DNA of 64,000 bases from Escherichia coli. GTDB taxonomy: Bacteria > Pseudomonadota > Gammaproteobacteria > Enterobacterales > Enterobacteriaceae. Positions 12,721-23,852 of this stretch are shown here, in pieces (positions within the stretch are counted from its first letter, which is position 1; each line of letters begins with the position of its first letter). Both the position numbers and the translations under genes were made by a program. A model generated the notes under the pieces. It did not search any database, was not told the DNA's origin, and was given only the letters and a program-made list of their open reading frames with translations. The stretch lies in assembly GCF_044324785.1 (NCBI RefSeq), contig NZ_CP172127.1. One strand, written 5' to 3'.

Positions 12721-13179
12721 ATGGAACTGACGACACGTACTTTACCTGCGCGGAAACATATTGCGCTGGTGGCACACGATCACTGCAAACAAATGCTGAT
12801 GAGCTGGGTGGAACGGCATCAACCGTTACTGGAACAACACGTACTGTATGCAACAGGCACTACCGGTAACTTGATTTCCCGTGCAACCGGCATGAACGTC
12901 AACGCGATGTTGAGTGGCCCAATGGGGGGTGACCAGCAGGTTGGCGCATTGATCTCAGAAGGGAAAATTGATGTATTGATTTTCTTCTGGGACCCACTAA
13001 ATGCCGTTCCGCACGATCCTGACGTGAAAGCCTTGCTGCGTCTGGCGACGGTATGGAACATTCCGGTCGCCACCAACGTGGCAACGGCAGACTTCATTAT
13101 CCAGTCGCCGCATTTCAACGACGCGGTCGATATTCTGATCCCCGATTATCAGCGTTATCTCGCGGACCGTCTGAAGTAA
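12721..13179 (+). CDS. mgsA: Methylglyoxal synthase
   Basis: Track ORF 12712..13179 trimmed to ATG 12721 ([24 protein letters not shown]...), 152 aa. Confidence 0.93.
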
Positions 13180-13185
13180 TATTGC

Positions 13186-13206
13186 ACAGGTGGCAAACGC
13201 CACCTG
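13186..13206. terminator. Hairpin between convergent mgsA and helD
   Basis: Perfect 9-bp stem ACAGGTGGC/GCCACCTGT with loop AAAC filling most of the 31-bp gap between the two stop codons; T-rich on the plus side. Confidence 0.7.
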
Positions 13207-13210
13207 TTTC

Positions 13211-15265
13211 TTACGGTTTTCTCGCCACCGGCACATCCAGATTTTTCAGTATTTCGACAAATGGAGAGGGATTCTCTTTGTTAAACAGTGCCCATACCCG
13301 ATGGCGTGCCCGGGTCAGCGCCACGTACATTAACCGCCGTTCTTCAGCGTCCGGGAAATCCTCAACCGGTGGCAGTAGCGCCTCTTCCATAATCGACTCC
13401 CGCGCCGCAGCCGGAAAACCATCACTCCCCTCCTGCAAGCCAACGATGATGACGTAATCCGCCTGTTGCCCTTTGCTGGCATGAATGGTCATAAAGTCGA
13501 TTTGCAACTTCGGCCAGCGTGTTGCCGCTTTTTCCAGGCTGGCAGGCCTCATGTGATGGTAACGCGCCAGGATCAGAATGCGCTCTTCCGGTTTGGCATA
13601 ACCAGAGAGCTTATCCAGCAAAGCGTCAAGATGGCTCTCATCCAATAACGTGACGGCTTTTTTGTCTCCATTGGTTAAGCTGTTTAGCGGCTTTTTCAGC
13701 TGGCCTGGGTTCTGCTGAATAAACCGGTTTGCCACCTCACCGATACGACTGTTAAAACGGTAAGTCGTGTCTAAATCACAGCGATCGCCTTCTCCAAAGT
13801 TTTCATGGAAAGCGGTGGTGAGCGACATTTGCGCACCGCTGAAACGGTAAATCGCCTGCCAGTCATCACCAACAGCGAACAACGTCGTTTGACTGTTTTG
13901 CTTGCGTAATGCCGCTAACAACGCTGCGCGCTGCGGCGAGATATCCTGAAATTCATCAACCAGAATATGCTTCCACGGGCTGATAAAGCGACCTTTCTCC
14001 AGAATCACAATCGCCTGGTGAATAAGGCCCGAAAAATCGACAGCGTTTTCTGCCTTCAGCGCACCTTTCCAGGCTTTTAATAACGGGGCCATCAACTTGA
14101 TACGTTTACTGAACAGATCGCGAATCTCTTCGGGTGCACTGGCAATCATTTCTGCCTGTGCACCGCCGTGCATCCGCATCAGACTTACCCAGCGATCGAG
14201 GCGTGATGCAAGACGACGCTGTAATTTTTCATCATCCCAGAAATTACCTTCTGGCACTGACCACTGCATTTCTTCAGTCAGCCATTGCCGCCAGCCCTTC
14301 GCCTGCGCTTTCTTTTCGCTGCATTGCTTGCACCACTCAGCAATAAAAAGTTCATGACGGGCAGCGGTATCATTTTCCAGTTTGCTGACTATCGGAACTT
14401 TTTTGCTACCCTGCTGAATAATATGCAGCGCCAGCGCATGAAATGTGCGTGCGGTAATGTCTTCGGTATGTAGTCGTTCTCGAATACGCTCGTCCATCTC
14501 TTCAGCGGCTTTGCGACCAAACGCCAGCAATAAAATTTGCTCAGGGGACGCTTCACCACGCGCCAGCAACCAGCCTGCACGGGCCACCAGCACCGACGTT
14601 TTTCCGCTTCCTGCACCAGCCAGCACTAACAAAGAATGCTCGCCATTAACGACTGCCCGGGCCTGCGCCGGATTCAGCGGTGAAGACTCGACCTGGCGGA
14701 AAAAATCCGCATACTCGGTAAGCATGGCTTCGGTATACGCCTGATTATGCTGCAACCGAGCGCTTTCAATATCTTTCAACCAGGCCTGACATTTACGCCA
14801 CGCCTCACGGCAGTTATCGAATTCTTCCAGTCGGTTAACCGGCAACGGCAACGCCGACAAAGCCTGGCGGATTTGTTGCTGCACGCCAGAGGTTTGCTCA
14901 CGCGTCAGCCATTTATTTTCTCCGGTGCGCGTGGCAATTAAATCCAGTTGCTGGCGTAAAACACCAGACGCAATTTCGCTCATCTCGCTACTCCACCGCC
15001 GCCAGTGAGCATCAAGATGATGGTAAAAACGCTGCGTCTCGCCCCATTCGGTACCGTGCAGACGCACCACTTTTTCGCCCGGCAGTACAAATTCCAGCTC
15101 GCCCCATACCAGACCGCGCTTACAGTGAATAGCCAGTAATTGATTGAAAGGAATAAGGTATTCGTGGCGATCGCCGGAGACTTTAATCCCGGCATTGAGG
15201 ATCACCGCCCGATCGTAAGGGTGCTGTGCCAGACGTTTTCCAAGCGTTGTCGCTTTCAGTTCCAT
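13211..15265 (-). CDS. helD: DNA helicase IV
   Basis: Track ORF 13211..15358 trimmed to ATG 15265 (MELKATTLGKRLAQHPYDRAVILNAGIKV...), 684 aa, Walker A GAGSGKTS, UvrD-like. Confidence 0.93.
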   Translation of the reverse strand: MELKATTLGKRLAQHPYDRAVILNAGIKVSGDRHEYLIPFNQLLAIHCKRGLVWGELEFVLPGEKVVRLHGTEWGETQRFYHHLDAHWRRWSSEMSEIASGVLRQQLDLIATRTGENKWLTREQTSGVQQQIRQALSALPLPVNRLEEFDNCREAWRKCQAWLKDIESARLQHNQAYTEAMLTEYADFFRQVESSPLNPAQARAVVNGEHSLLVLAGAGSGKTSVLVARAGWLLARGEASPEQILLLAFGRKAAEEMDERIRERLHTEDITARTFHALALHIIQQGSKKVPIVSKLENDTAARHELFIAEWCKQCSEKKAQAKGWRQWLTEEMQWSVPEGNFWDDEKLQRRLASRLDRWVSLMRMHGGAQAEMIASAPEEIRDLFSKRIKLMAPLLKAWKGALKAENAVDFSGLIHQAIVILEKGRFISPWKHILVDEFQDISPQRAALLAALRKQNSQTTLFAVGDDWQAIYRFSGAQMSLTTAFHENFGEGDRCDLDTTYRFNSRIGEVANRFIQQNPGQLKKPLNSLTNGDKKAVTLLDESHLDALLDKLSGYAKPEERILILARYHHMRPASLEKAATRWPKLQIDFMTIHASKGQQADYVIIVGLQEGSDGFPAAARESIMEEALLPPVEDFPDAEERRLMYVALTRARHRVWALFNKENPSPFVEILKNLDVPVARKP

Positions 15266-15387
15266 GACTCTGTAGATCCACACGAAATGATTTCTTATCA
15301 GTGTAACCGTCAGAGAAAACGTGCTCCAGCCCAAAAAAACGTTACAATTGCCGCCCATTACTGAAAACCACAGTAAAGCGAGGTTTT

Positions 15388-15834
15388 ATGCGTACCGTTT
15401 TGAACATTCTGAACTTTGTGCTTGGCGGATTTGCCACCACTCTGGGCTGGCTGTTGGCGACTCTGGTCAGTATTGTGCTGATTTTTACCTTACCGCTGAC
15501 ACGATCCTGCTGGGAGATCACTAAACTGTCTCTGGTGCCTTATGGCAATGAAGCTATTCATGTCGATGAACTGAACCCGGCTGGCAAAAATGTGCTGCTA
15601 AATACTGGCGGTACGGTATTGAATATTTTCTGGCTGATTTTCTTTGGCTGGTGGTTATGCCTGATGCACATTGCAACGGGCATCGCACAATGTATTTCAA
15701 TCATTGGCATTCCTGTCGGCATTGCGAACTTTAAAATTGCCGCTATTGCACTATGGCCGGTTGGTCGTCGCGTGGTATCGGTAGAAACAGCGCAAGCTGC
15801 GCGTGAAGCCAATGCACGTCGTCGTTTTGAATAA
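15388..15834 (+). CDS. yccF: Inner-membrane protein YccF
   Basis: Track ORF 148 aa MRTVLNILNFVLGGFATTLGWLLATLVSIVL... Confidence 0.9.
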   Translation: MRTVLNILNFVLGGFATTLGWLLATLVSIVLIFTLPLTRSCWEITKLSLVPYGNEAIHVDELNPAGKNVLLNTGGTVLNIFWLIFFGWWLCLMHIATGIAQCISIIGIPVGIANFKIAAIALWPVGRRVVSVETAQAAREANARRRFE

Positions 15835-15852
15835 TCCACTAATATGGCCTTT

Positions 15853-18006
15853 ATGCTAAGTCCTTTGCTCAAACGCTATACCTGGAACAGCGCCTGGCTG
15901 TATTACGCGCGTATTTTTATTGCGCTTTGTGGAACCACAGCGTTTCCGTGGTGGCTGGGTGATGTAAAACTGACGATTCCGCTGACGCTGGGGATGGTGG
16001 CAGCGGCGCTGACCGATCTCGATGACCGACTGGCGGGACGTTTGCGTAACCTCATCATTACGCTGTTCTGCTTTTTTATCGCCTCGGCCTCAGTAGAATT
16101 GCTGTTTCCCTGGCCCTGGCTATTTGCGATTGGCCTAACGCTCTCTACCAGCGGCTTCATTTTGCTCGGCGGTCTGGGTCAACGCTATGCAACAATTGCC
16201 TTCGGTGCATTGCTGATCGCCATTTACACTATGTTGGGAACATCACTGTATGAGCACTGGTATCAGCAGCCGATGTATCTGCTGGCCGGTGCCGTCTGGT
16301 ACAACGTCCTGACACTTATTGGTCATCTGCTGTTCCCGGTCCGCCCGCTGCAGGACAACCTGGCGCGTTGCTATGAACAACTGGCGCGTTATCTTGAGCT
16401 CAAGTCGCGCATGTTTGATCCTGATATTGAAGATGAAAGCCAGGCACCGCTGTACGATTTGGCTCTCGCCAACGGTCAGCTGATGGCGACATTGAATCAG
16501 ACGAAACTCTCGCTGCTTACCCGCTTACGTGGCGATCGTGGTCAACGGGGAACGCGTCGCACGCTGCATTATTACTTTGTCGCACAGGATATTCACGAGC
16601 GTGCCAGCTCTTCTCATATTCAGTATCAAACATTGCGTGAACATTTTCGCCACAGCGACGTACTGTTCCGTTTTCAGCGGCTGATGTCGATGCAGGGCCA
16701 GGCGTGCCAGCAACTGTCACGCTGTATTTTGCTGCGCCAGCCTTATCAACATGATCAGCATTTTGAGCGCGCTTTTACGCATATTGATGCTGCGCTGGAG
16801 CGGATGCGCGATAACGGCGCGCCTGCCGATTTACTCAAAACACTGGGATTTTTGCTGAACAATTTACGCGCTATTGATGCCCAACTGGCAACAATTGAAT
16901 CAGAACAGGCCCAGGCACTGCCCCATAATAATGACGAAAATGAGCTCGCTGATGACAGCCCGCACGGATTAAGTGATATCTGGCTGCGTCTTAGCCGTCA
17001 CTTCACGCCGGAATCCGCCCTCTTCCGTCATGCGGTAAGAATGTCGCTGGTGTTGTGCTTCGGCTACGCCATCATTCAGATAACCGGAATGCATCACGGG
17101 TATTGGATCTTGCTGACAAGTTTGTTTGTCTGCCAGCCAAACTATAACGCCACGCGCCACCGCCTGAAGTTAAGGATTATTGGGACGCTGGTAGGTATCG
17201 CCATTGGCATTCCTGTGCTGTGGTTTGTGCCGTCACTGGAAGGGCAACTGGTGCTACTGGTTATTACCGGCGTGCTCTTTTTTGCCTTCCGTAACGTGCA
17301 ATACGCCCATGCAACGATGTTCATCACACTTTTGGTGCTACTTTGTTTTAACTTACTGGGTGAAGGTTTTGAAGTGGCGTTACCTCGCGTAATTGATACG
17401 CTGATTGGTTGTGCCATTGCGTGGGCGGCAGTGAGCTACATCTGGCCTGACTGGAAGTTTCGCAATCTGCCGCGCATGCTCGAACGCGCCACAGAGGCCA
17501 ACTGTCGGTATCTCGACGCCATACTGGAGCAATACCATCAGGGACGTGATAACCGTCTGGCGTATCGTATTGCCCGCCGCGATGCACACAACCGTGATGC
17601 TGAACTGGCGTCGGTGGTATCAAATATGTCCAGCGAGCCGAACGTTACCCCGCAAATTCGCGAGGCCGCGTTTCGGTTGCTGTGCCTTAACCATACGTTT
17701 ACCAGCTATATCTCAGCCCTCGGTGCTCACCGGGAGCAGTTAACTAATCCTGATATTCTGGCGTTTCTTGATGACGCAGTTTGCTATGTTGATGACGCGC
17801 TACATCATCAACCTGCTGATGAAGAACGCGTCAATCAGGCATTAGCTGGCCTGAAACAGCGGATGCAGCAACTTGAACCGCGGGCAGACAGCAAAGAACC
17901 TCTGGTCGTACAACAAGTCGGGTTATTGATTGCATTACTGCCAGAGATTGGTCGTCTGCAACGCCAGATTACTCAAGTTCCGCAGGAAACTCCTGTTTCG
18001 GCGTAA
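15853..18006 (+). CDS. yccS: Inner-membrane protein YccS (aromatic acid exporter-like, FUSC family)
   Basis: Track ORF 15844..18006 trimmed to ATG 15853 (MLSPLLKRYTWNSAWLYYARIF...), 717 aa. Confidence 0.9.
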   Translation: MLSPLLKRYTWNSAWLYYARIFIALCGTTAFPWWLGDVKLTIPLTLGMVAAALTDLDDRLAGRLRNLIITLFCFFIASASVELLFPWPWLFAIGLTLSTSGFILLGGLGQRYATIAFGALLIAIYTMLGTSLYEHWYQQPMYLLAGAVWYNVLTLIGHLLFPVRPLQDNLARCYEQLARYLELKSRMFDPDIEDESQAPLYDLALANGQLMATLNQTKLSLLTRLRGDRGQRGTRRTLHYYFVAQDIHERASSSHIQYQTLREHFRHSDVLFRFQRLMSMQGQACQQLSRCILLRQPYQHDQHFERAFTHIDAALERMRDNGAPADLLKTLGFLLNNLRAIDAQLATIESEQAQALPHNNDENELADDSPHGLSDIWLRLSRHFTPESALFRHAVRMSLVLCFGYAIIQITGMHHGYWILLTSLFVCQPNYNATRHRLKLRIIGTLVGIAIGIPVLWFVPSLEGQLVLLVITGVLFFAFRNVQYAHATMFITLLVLLCFNLLGEGFEVALPRVIDTLIGCAIAWAAVSYIWPDWKFRNLPRMLERATEANCRYLDAILEQYHQGRDNRLAYRIARRDAHNRDAELASVVSNMSSEPNVTPQIREAAFRLLCLNHTFTSYISALGAHREQLTNPDILAFLDDAVCYVDDALHHQPADEERVNQALAGLKQRMQQLEPRADSKEPLVVQQVGLLIALLPEIGRLQRQITQVPQETPVSA

Positions 18007-18598
18007 GAGAGTCAGCCCATTCTGCAAGCTCCTGGCGGCGTGCCACCGGGAGCGCAGCTTCATGAATGCCGATAATGGCCCCTTCAAGCATAAACAGAAT
18101 CTTTTCTGTCACCAGACTGTTTTGCTGCCGCAGTCGCAACCAACACATTTTTGCCCCAAGTATACGTAACGCCCGTACATCCTTAATCCCCACCTCCCCG
18201 AGAATCGCTTCCAGATGAAAAGACATATTGGGCAAATCTTTCAGTCTTTCCCGGGTATTGCGCGTGCTTTTCTCTTTCAGCGCTGCATCGAGAGAATATT
18301 TCGACAGACGCACCAGCTTCAGTTGATTTCGCCATAGACTTTCATCAACCCGATAGTAATTGAGGGTAACGGATCGGCCACACTTTTTATATGTCAGCCA
18401 GACAGGCGGATGTTTTACACAGTACTGTGCACTTTGCTCACAAGCCCGAAGATACAACTCACCATCAGAAACCATCGCAAACACCGTGTCGTCAACGGTC
18501 AGGCTGTAACTACCAAACAATGATCGGTATTCAATTGTGCCCAACGTTGCCAGGTATTCTTGTGATTTATAGATCCGCTTATAGGAGAGGCTTTTCAT
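17969..18598 (-). CDS. sxy: Competence regulator Sxy/TfoX
   Basis: Track ORF 209 aa MKSLSYKRIYKSQEYLATLGTIEYRSLFGSYSLTVDD...; 3' end overlaps yccS 3' end. Confidence 0.92.
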   Translation of the reverse strand: MKSLSYKRIYKSQEYLATLGTIEYRSLFGSYSLTVDDTVFAMVSDGELYLRACEQSAQYCVKHPPVWLTYKKCGRSVTLNYYRVDESLWRNQLKLVRLSKYSLDAALKEKSTRNTRERLKDLPNMSFHLEAILGEVGIKDVRALRILGAKMCWLRLRQQNSLVTEKILFMLEGAIIGIHEAALPVARRQELAEWADSLTPKQEFPAELE

Positions 18599-18774
18599 AA
18601 AATTCCTTTTAAAATCATAACATAAAAGAATGATTCACATTAACGGATCCGTTAACTACGAAAATAGGCAACTTATTCTTAAGGGGCAAGATTAATTTAT
18701 GTTTTCCCGTCACCAACGACAAAATTTGCGAGGCTCTTTCCGAAAATAGGGTTGATCTTTGTTGTCACTGGATG

Positions 18775-18794
18775 TACTGTACATCCATACAGTA
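18775..18794 (+). promoter_or_regulatory. LexA (SOS) box in the sulA promoter
   Basis: TACTGTACATCCATACAGTA, a perfect CTGT-N8-ACAG palindrome about 20 bp upstream of the sulA start. Confidence 0.9.
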
Positions 18795-18816
18795 ACTCAC
18801 AGGGGCTGGATTGATT

Positions 18817-19326
18817 ATGTACACTTCAGGCTATGCACATCGTTCTTCGTCGTTCTCATCCGCAGCAAGTAAAATTGCGCGTGTCTCTACGGAAAACACT
18901 ACAGCCGGGCTTATCAGTGAAGTTGTCTATCGCGAAGATCAGCCCATGATGACGCAACTTCTACTGTTGCCATTGTTACAGCAACTCGGTCAGCAATCGC
19001 GCTGGCAACTCTGGTTAACACCGCAACAAAAACTGAGTCGCGAATGGGTTCAGGCATCTGGGCTACCCTTAACGAAAGTAATGCAGATTAGCCAGCTCTC
19101 CCCTTGCCACACCGTGGAGTCAATGGTTCGCGCTTTACGCACGGGCAATTACAGCGTGGTGATCGGTTGGTTGGCAGATGATTTGACTGAAGAAGAGCAT
19201 GCTGAACTTGTTGATGCGGCAAATGAAGGTAACGCTATGGGGTTTATTATGCGTCCGGTAAGTGCATCCTCTCACGCCACGAGACAACTTTCCGGGCTAA
19301 AAATTCACTCTAATTTGTATCATTAA
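18817..19326 (+). CDS. sulA: SOS cell-division inhibitor SulA
   Basis: Track ORF 18811..19326 (TTG-extended) trimmed to ATG 18817 ([25 protein letters not shown]...), 169 aa. Confidence 0.94.
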
Positions 19327-19514
19327 GTAAATTTAGGATTAATCCTGGAACTTTTTTTGTCGCCCAGCCAATGCTTTCAGTCGTGACTAATTTTCCTTGC
19401 GGAGGCTTGTCTGAAGCGGTTTCCGCGATTTTCTTCTGTAAATTGTCGCTGACAAAAAAGATTAAACGTACCTTATACAAGACTTTTTTTTCATATGCCT
19501 GACGGAGTTCACAC

Positions 19515-19681
19515 TTGTAAGTTTTCAACTACGTTGTAGACTTTACATCGCCAGGGGTGCTCGGCATAAGCCGAAGATATCGGTAGAGTTAATATTGAGC
19601 AGATCCCCGGTGAAGGATTTAACCGTGTTATCTCGTTGGAGATATTCATGGCGTATTTTGGATGATAACGAGGCGCAAAAA
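19515..19681 (+). promoter_or_regulatory. ompA promoter and long stable 5' UTR
   Basis: TTGTAA (19515-19520) and TAGACT (19537-19542) upstream of GCCAGGGGUGCUCGGCAUAAGCCG..., which I recognise as the start of the ompA leader; about 132-nt UTR to the ATG at 19682. Confidence 0.7.
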
Positions 19682-20722
19682 ATGAAAAAGACAGCTATCG
19701 CGATTGCAGTGGCACTGGCTGGTTTCGCTACCGTAGCGCAGGCCGCTCCGAAAGATAACACCTGGTACACTGGTGCTAAACTGGGCTGGTCCCAGTACCA
19801 TGACACTGGTTTCATCAACAACAATGGTCCGACCCATGAAAACCAACTGGGCGCTGGTGCTTTTGGTGGTTACCAGGTTAACCCGTATGTTGGCTTTGAA
19901 ATGGGTTATGACTGGTTAGGTCGTATGCCATACAAAGGCAGCGTTGAAAACGGTGCATATAAAGCTCAGGGCGTTCAGCTGACCGCTAAACTGGGTTACC
20001 CAATCACTGACGATCTGGACGTATACACTCGTCTGGGTGGTATGGTATGGCGTGCAGACACTAAATCCAACGTTTATGGTAAAAACCATGACACCGGCGT
20101 TTCTCCGGTCTTCGCTGGCGGTGTTGAGTATGCGATCACTCCTGAAATCGCTACCCGTCTGGAATACCAGTGGACCAACAACATCGGTGACGCACACACC
20201 ATCGGTACTCGTCCGGACAACGGCATGCTGAGCCTGGGTGTTTCCTACCGTTTCGGTCAGGGCGAAGCAGCTCCAGTAGTTGCTCCGGCTCCAGCTCCGG
20301 CACCGGAAGTACAGACCAAGCACTTCACTCTGAAGTCTGACGTTCTGTTCACCTTCAACAAAGCAACCCTGAAACCGGAAGGTCAGGCTGCTCTGGATCA
20401 GCTGTACAGCCAGCTGAGCAACCTGGATCCGAAAGACGGTTCCGTAGTTGTTCTGGGTTACACTGACCGCATCGGTTCTGACGCTTACAACCAGGGTCTG
20501 TCCGAGCGCCGTGCTCAGTCTGTTGTTGATTACCTGATCTCCAAAGGTATCCCGGCAGACAAGATCTCCGCACGTGGTATGGGCGAATCCAACCCGGTTA
20601 CTGGCAACACCTGTGACAACGTGAAACAGCGTGCTGCACTGATCGACTGCCTGGCTCCGGATCGTCGCGTAGAGATCGAAGTTAAAGGCATCAAAGACGT
20701 TGTAACTCAGCCGCAGGCTTAA
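19682..20722 (+). CDS. ompA: Outer membrane protein A
   Basis: Track ORF 19595..20722 trimmed to ATG 19682 ([36 protein letters not shown]...), 346 aa with APAPAPAP hinge and OmpA-C domain. Confidence 0.97.
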   Translation: MKKTAIAIAVALAGFATVAQAAPKDNTWYTGAKLGWSQYHDTGFINNNGPTHENQLGAGAFGGYQVNPYVGFEMGYDWLGRMPYKGSVENGAYKAQGVQLTAKLGYPITDDLDVYTRLGGMVWRADTKSNVYGKNHDTGVSPVFAGGVEYAITPEIATRLEYQWTNNIGDAHTIGTRPDNGMLSLGVSYRFGQGEAAPVVAPAPAPAPEVQTKHFTLKSDVLFTFNKATLKPEGQAALDQLYSQLSNLDPKDGSVVVLGYTDRIGSDAYNQGLSERRAQSVVDYLISKGIPADKISARGMGESNPVTGNTCDNVKQRAALIDCLAPDRRVEIEVKGIKDVVTQPQA

Positions 20723-20735
20723 GTTCTCGTCTGGT

Positions 20736-20766
20736 AAAAAACCCCGCTGCTGCGGGGTTTTTTTTC
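20736..20766. terminator. Bidirectional terminator between convergent ompA and matP
   Basis: AAAAACCCCGCTGCTGCGGGGTTTTTTTT: GC stem flanked by an A-run and a T-run. Confidence 0.85.
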
Positions 20767-20797
20767 GTCTTTAGAAAATTGAACTGACTTTCGTCAG

Positions 20798-21250
20798 TTA
20801 TTCCTTACCCAGCAATGCCTGCAGATCCTGCTTCAAAGAAGACATTTTATTCGCGTATTTCTCTTTGTTTTCCGCATCTTCAATCAGCTGAACAATCGTT
20901 TCAGAAAGCGTTTTACCGCGACGCTGCGCAAGACCAGCCAGACGTTGCCAGACAATAAATTCCAGATCGATCGATTTTTTGCGCGTATGCTGGTGTTCCG
21001 CATTAAAATGGCGCTTCCGTCTGGCCCGAATGGTCTGCTTCATGCGATTGACCAGTTCCGGATTCATATGCTTATCAATCCAGTTATTTACCAGCACGGG
21101 TTCATTTTCCAGCGAGAGCAACACATCGACGGCTTCCTGGGCGGCACTGGCTTCTATGTAACGGGTGATTAACTCCCCTTCGCGATGCTTCTTCACCAGA
21201 TACTTCCATTTCCAACCGCTTTCAAGATTTTCAAGTTGTTGATATTTCAT
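20798..21250 (-). CDS. matP: Ter macrodomain organizer MatP
   Basis: Track ORF 150 aa [35 protein letters not shown]... Confidence 0.92.
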   Translation of the reverse strand: MKYQQLENLESGWKWKYLVKKHREGELITRYIEASAAQEAVDVLLSLENEPVLVNNWIDKHMNPELVNRMKQTIRARRKRHFNAEHQHTRKKSIDLEFIVWQRLAGLAQRRGKTLSETIVQLIEDAENKEKYANKMSSLKQDLQALLGKE

Positions 21251-21435
21251 AGCGATCTCAATGTTACCGTGTAACTCTTTACAGAATATCAGCTTTTTGG
21301 GCCAGTGAAGAAAAGAATCTCCATCCTGTGAGCTTTAACGCCCATGCCAAGAGTATTGTCGGTGCTTTCTACGTGTGCTGTAGTGCCGGTTACGGTATAA
21401 TCGCGGCTTTGACAACAGACTAAAAAACATCAACT

Positions 21436-23196
21436 TTGACCATTACGAAACTTGCATGGCGTGACCTGGTTCCTGATACCGATAGCTATCAGGAAATATT
21501 TGCTCAGCCACATTTGATTGACGAAAACGATCCTTTATTCAGTGATACTCAACCGCGACTGCAATTTGCGCTGGAGCAGTTGCTGCATACGCGAGCATCC
21601 TCCTCTTTTATGCTGGCGAAGGCCCCGGAAGAGTCTGAGTATCTGAATCTTATTGCCGATGCCGCGCGTGCGCTACAAAGTGATGCAGGCCAACTGGTGG
21701 GCGGTCACTATGAGGTTTCCGGCCACACCATCCGCTTACGTCACGCAGTGAGTGCAGATGATAATTTTGCGACTTTAACGCAAGTTGTCGCTGCCGACTG
21801 GGTAGAAGCAGAGCAACTCTTTGGCTGCCTGCGCCAGTTTAATGGCGACATTACCCTGCAGCCAGGTCTGGTGCATCAGGCAAATGGCGGTATTCTCATC
21901 ATCTCTTTGCGTACACTGCTGGCGCAACCTCTGCTGTGGATGCGGCTGAAAAATATCGTTAACCGCGAGCGTTTTGACTGGGTTGCGTTTGATGAGTCGC
22001 GCCCTCTCCCCGTCTCTGTGCCTTCGATGCCATTGAAGCTGAAAGTCATTCTGGTAGGCGAACGCGAATCATTGGCTGATTTCCAGGAGATGGAACCAGA
22101 GCTTTCAGAGCAGGCTATTTATAGCGAATTTGAAGACACTCTGCAGATTGTCGATGCGGAGTCAGTAAGCCAGTGGTGTCGCTGGGTGACATTGACCGCC
22201 AGACATAATCACTTACCTGCACCAGGAGCGGATGCCTGGCCGGTACTTATCCGCGAAGCAGCCCGCTACACCGGTGAACAAGAAACACTTCCGCTTAGCC
22301 CGCAGTGGATCCTCCGCCAGTGTAAAGAGGTCGCCTCCCTGTGCGATGGCGACACCTTCTCCGGCGAGCAGCTAAACTTAATGCTGCAGCAGCGTGAATG
22401 GCGTGAAGGTTTCCTCGCTGAACGCATGCAGGATGAGATCCTTCAGGAGCAAATCCTGATTGAAACCGAAGGCGAACGCATCGGGCAAATTAACGCCCTT
22501 TCGGTCATTGAATTTCCGGGTCATCCACGCGCTTTTGGCGAACCTTCTCGCATTAGCTGCGTTGTGCATATTGGCGATGGTGAATTCACCGACATCGAAC
22601 GCAAAGCGGAGCTTGGCGGCAATATCCATGCGAAAGGGATGATGATCATGCAGGCGTTCCTGATGTCGGAACTACAGCTTGAGCAACAGATCCCCTTCTC
22701 AGCATCGCTGACATTTGAGCAGTCATACAGTGAAGTGGATGGCGATAGTGCCTCGATGGCTGAACTCTGCGCCCTGATAAGCGCCCTCGCCGATGTGCCG
22801 GTGAATCAGAGTATCGCTATCACAGGTTCAGTCGATCAGTTCGGTCGTGCCCAGCCGGTCGGTGGTTTAAATGAGAAAATCGAAGGCTTCTTTGCTATTT
22901 GCCAGCAACGTGAGTTAACCGGGAAACAAGGTGTCATTATCCCCACTGCTAACATTCGCCATTTAAGTCTTCACAGTGAACTGGTGAAAGCGGTAGAAGA
23001 AGGCAAATTCACCATCTGGGCAGTAGACGATGTGACTGACGCACTGCCGTTATTATTAAATCTGATGTGGGATGGCGAAGGCCAAACGACGCTGATGCAA
23101 ACCATCCAGGAACGTATCGCGCAAGCATCGCAACAGGAAGGACGTCACCGTTTTCCATGGCCATTACGTTGGCTGAACTGGTTTATTCCGAACTGA
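21436..23196 (+). CDS. ycbZ: Lon protease homolog (S16 peptidase domain protein)
   Basis: Track ORF 586 aa [27 protein letters not shown]...; start codon is TTG; C-terminal Lon-type proteolytic domain (DGDSAS... serine motif). Confidence 0.88.
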
Positions 23197-23264
23197 TCGG
23201 ACTTGTTCAGCGTACACGTGTTAGCTATCCTGCGTGCTTCAATAAAATAAGGCTTACAGAGAAC

Positions 23265-23783
23265 ATGGTAGATAAACGCGAATCCTATACAAAAGAAGAC
23301 CTTCTTGCCTCTGGTCGCGGTGAACTGTTTGGCGCTAAAGGCCCGCAATTGCCAGCACCGAACATGCTGATGATGGACCGTGTGGTCAAAATGACCGAAA
23401 CGGGTGGTAACTTCGACAAAGGGTATGTTGAAGCAGAACTGGATATCAATCCGGATCTGTGGTTCTTCGGATGCCACTTCATTGGCGATCCGGTTATGCC
23501 GGGATGCCTGGGCCTGGACGCAATGTGGCAGCTGGTAGGGTTCTACCTCGGCTGGCTGGGCGGCGAAGGTAAAGGCCGCGCGCTGGGCGTTGGCGAAGTG
23601 AAATTCACTGGTCAGGTACTGCCAACAGCGAAAAAAGTGACCTACCGTATTCACTTTAAACGCATTGTTAACCGTCGTCTGATTATGGGCCTGGCGGATG
23701 GCGAAGTGCTGGTTGATGGTCGTTTGATCTATACCGCCAGCGACCTGAAAGTCGGTCTGTTCCAGGATACGTCTGCCTTCTGA
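23265..23783 (+). CDS. fabA: 3-hydroxydecanoyl-ACP dehydratase/isomerase
   Basis: Track ORF 23067..23783 trimmed to ATG 23265 ([40 protein letters not shown]...), 172 aa. Confidence 0.96.
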
Positions 23784-23807
23784 TTATAATCAGACAGAGT
23801 ATCAAAA

Positions 23808-23840
23808 GGCGAAACCTCCGCAATGCGGAGGTTTCTTTTT
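23808..23840. terminator. Bidirectional terminator between convergent fabA and rmf
   Basis: GAAACCTCCGCAATGCGGAGGTTTC hairpin followed by TTTTT on the plus strand and a short T-run on the minus strand. Confidence 0.8.
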
Positions 23841-23852
23841 AAAGAGACAGAA

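Noticed and set aside
19595-19681. Upstream in-frame extensions of known genes in the track (ompA from 19595, hyaA to 7624, appC to 2002, fabA from 23067, ssuA from 42656, asnS from 50705, pncB from 49331, and others)
   Set aside because: The extensions begin at alternative or fortuitous upstream codons and would add non-conserved residues ahead of recognised N-termini or signal peptides; for ompA the extension covers the known 5' UTR.
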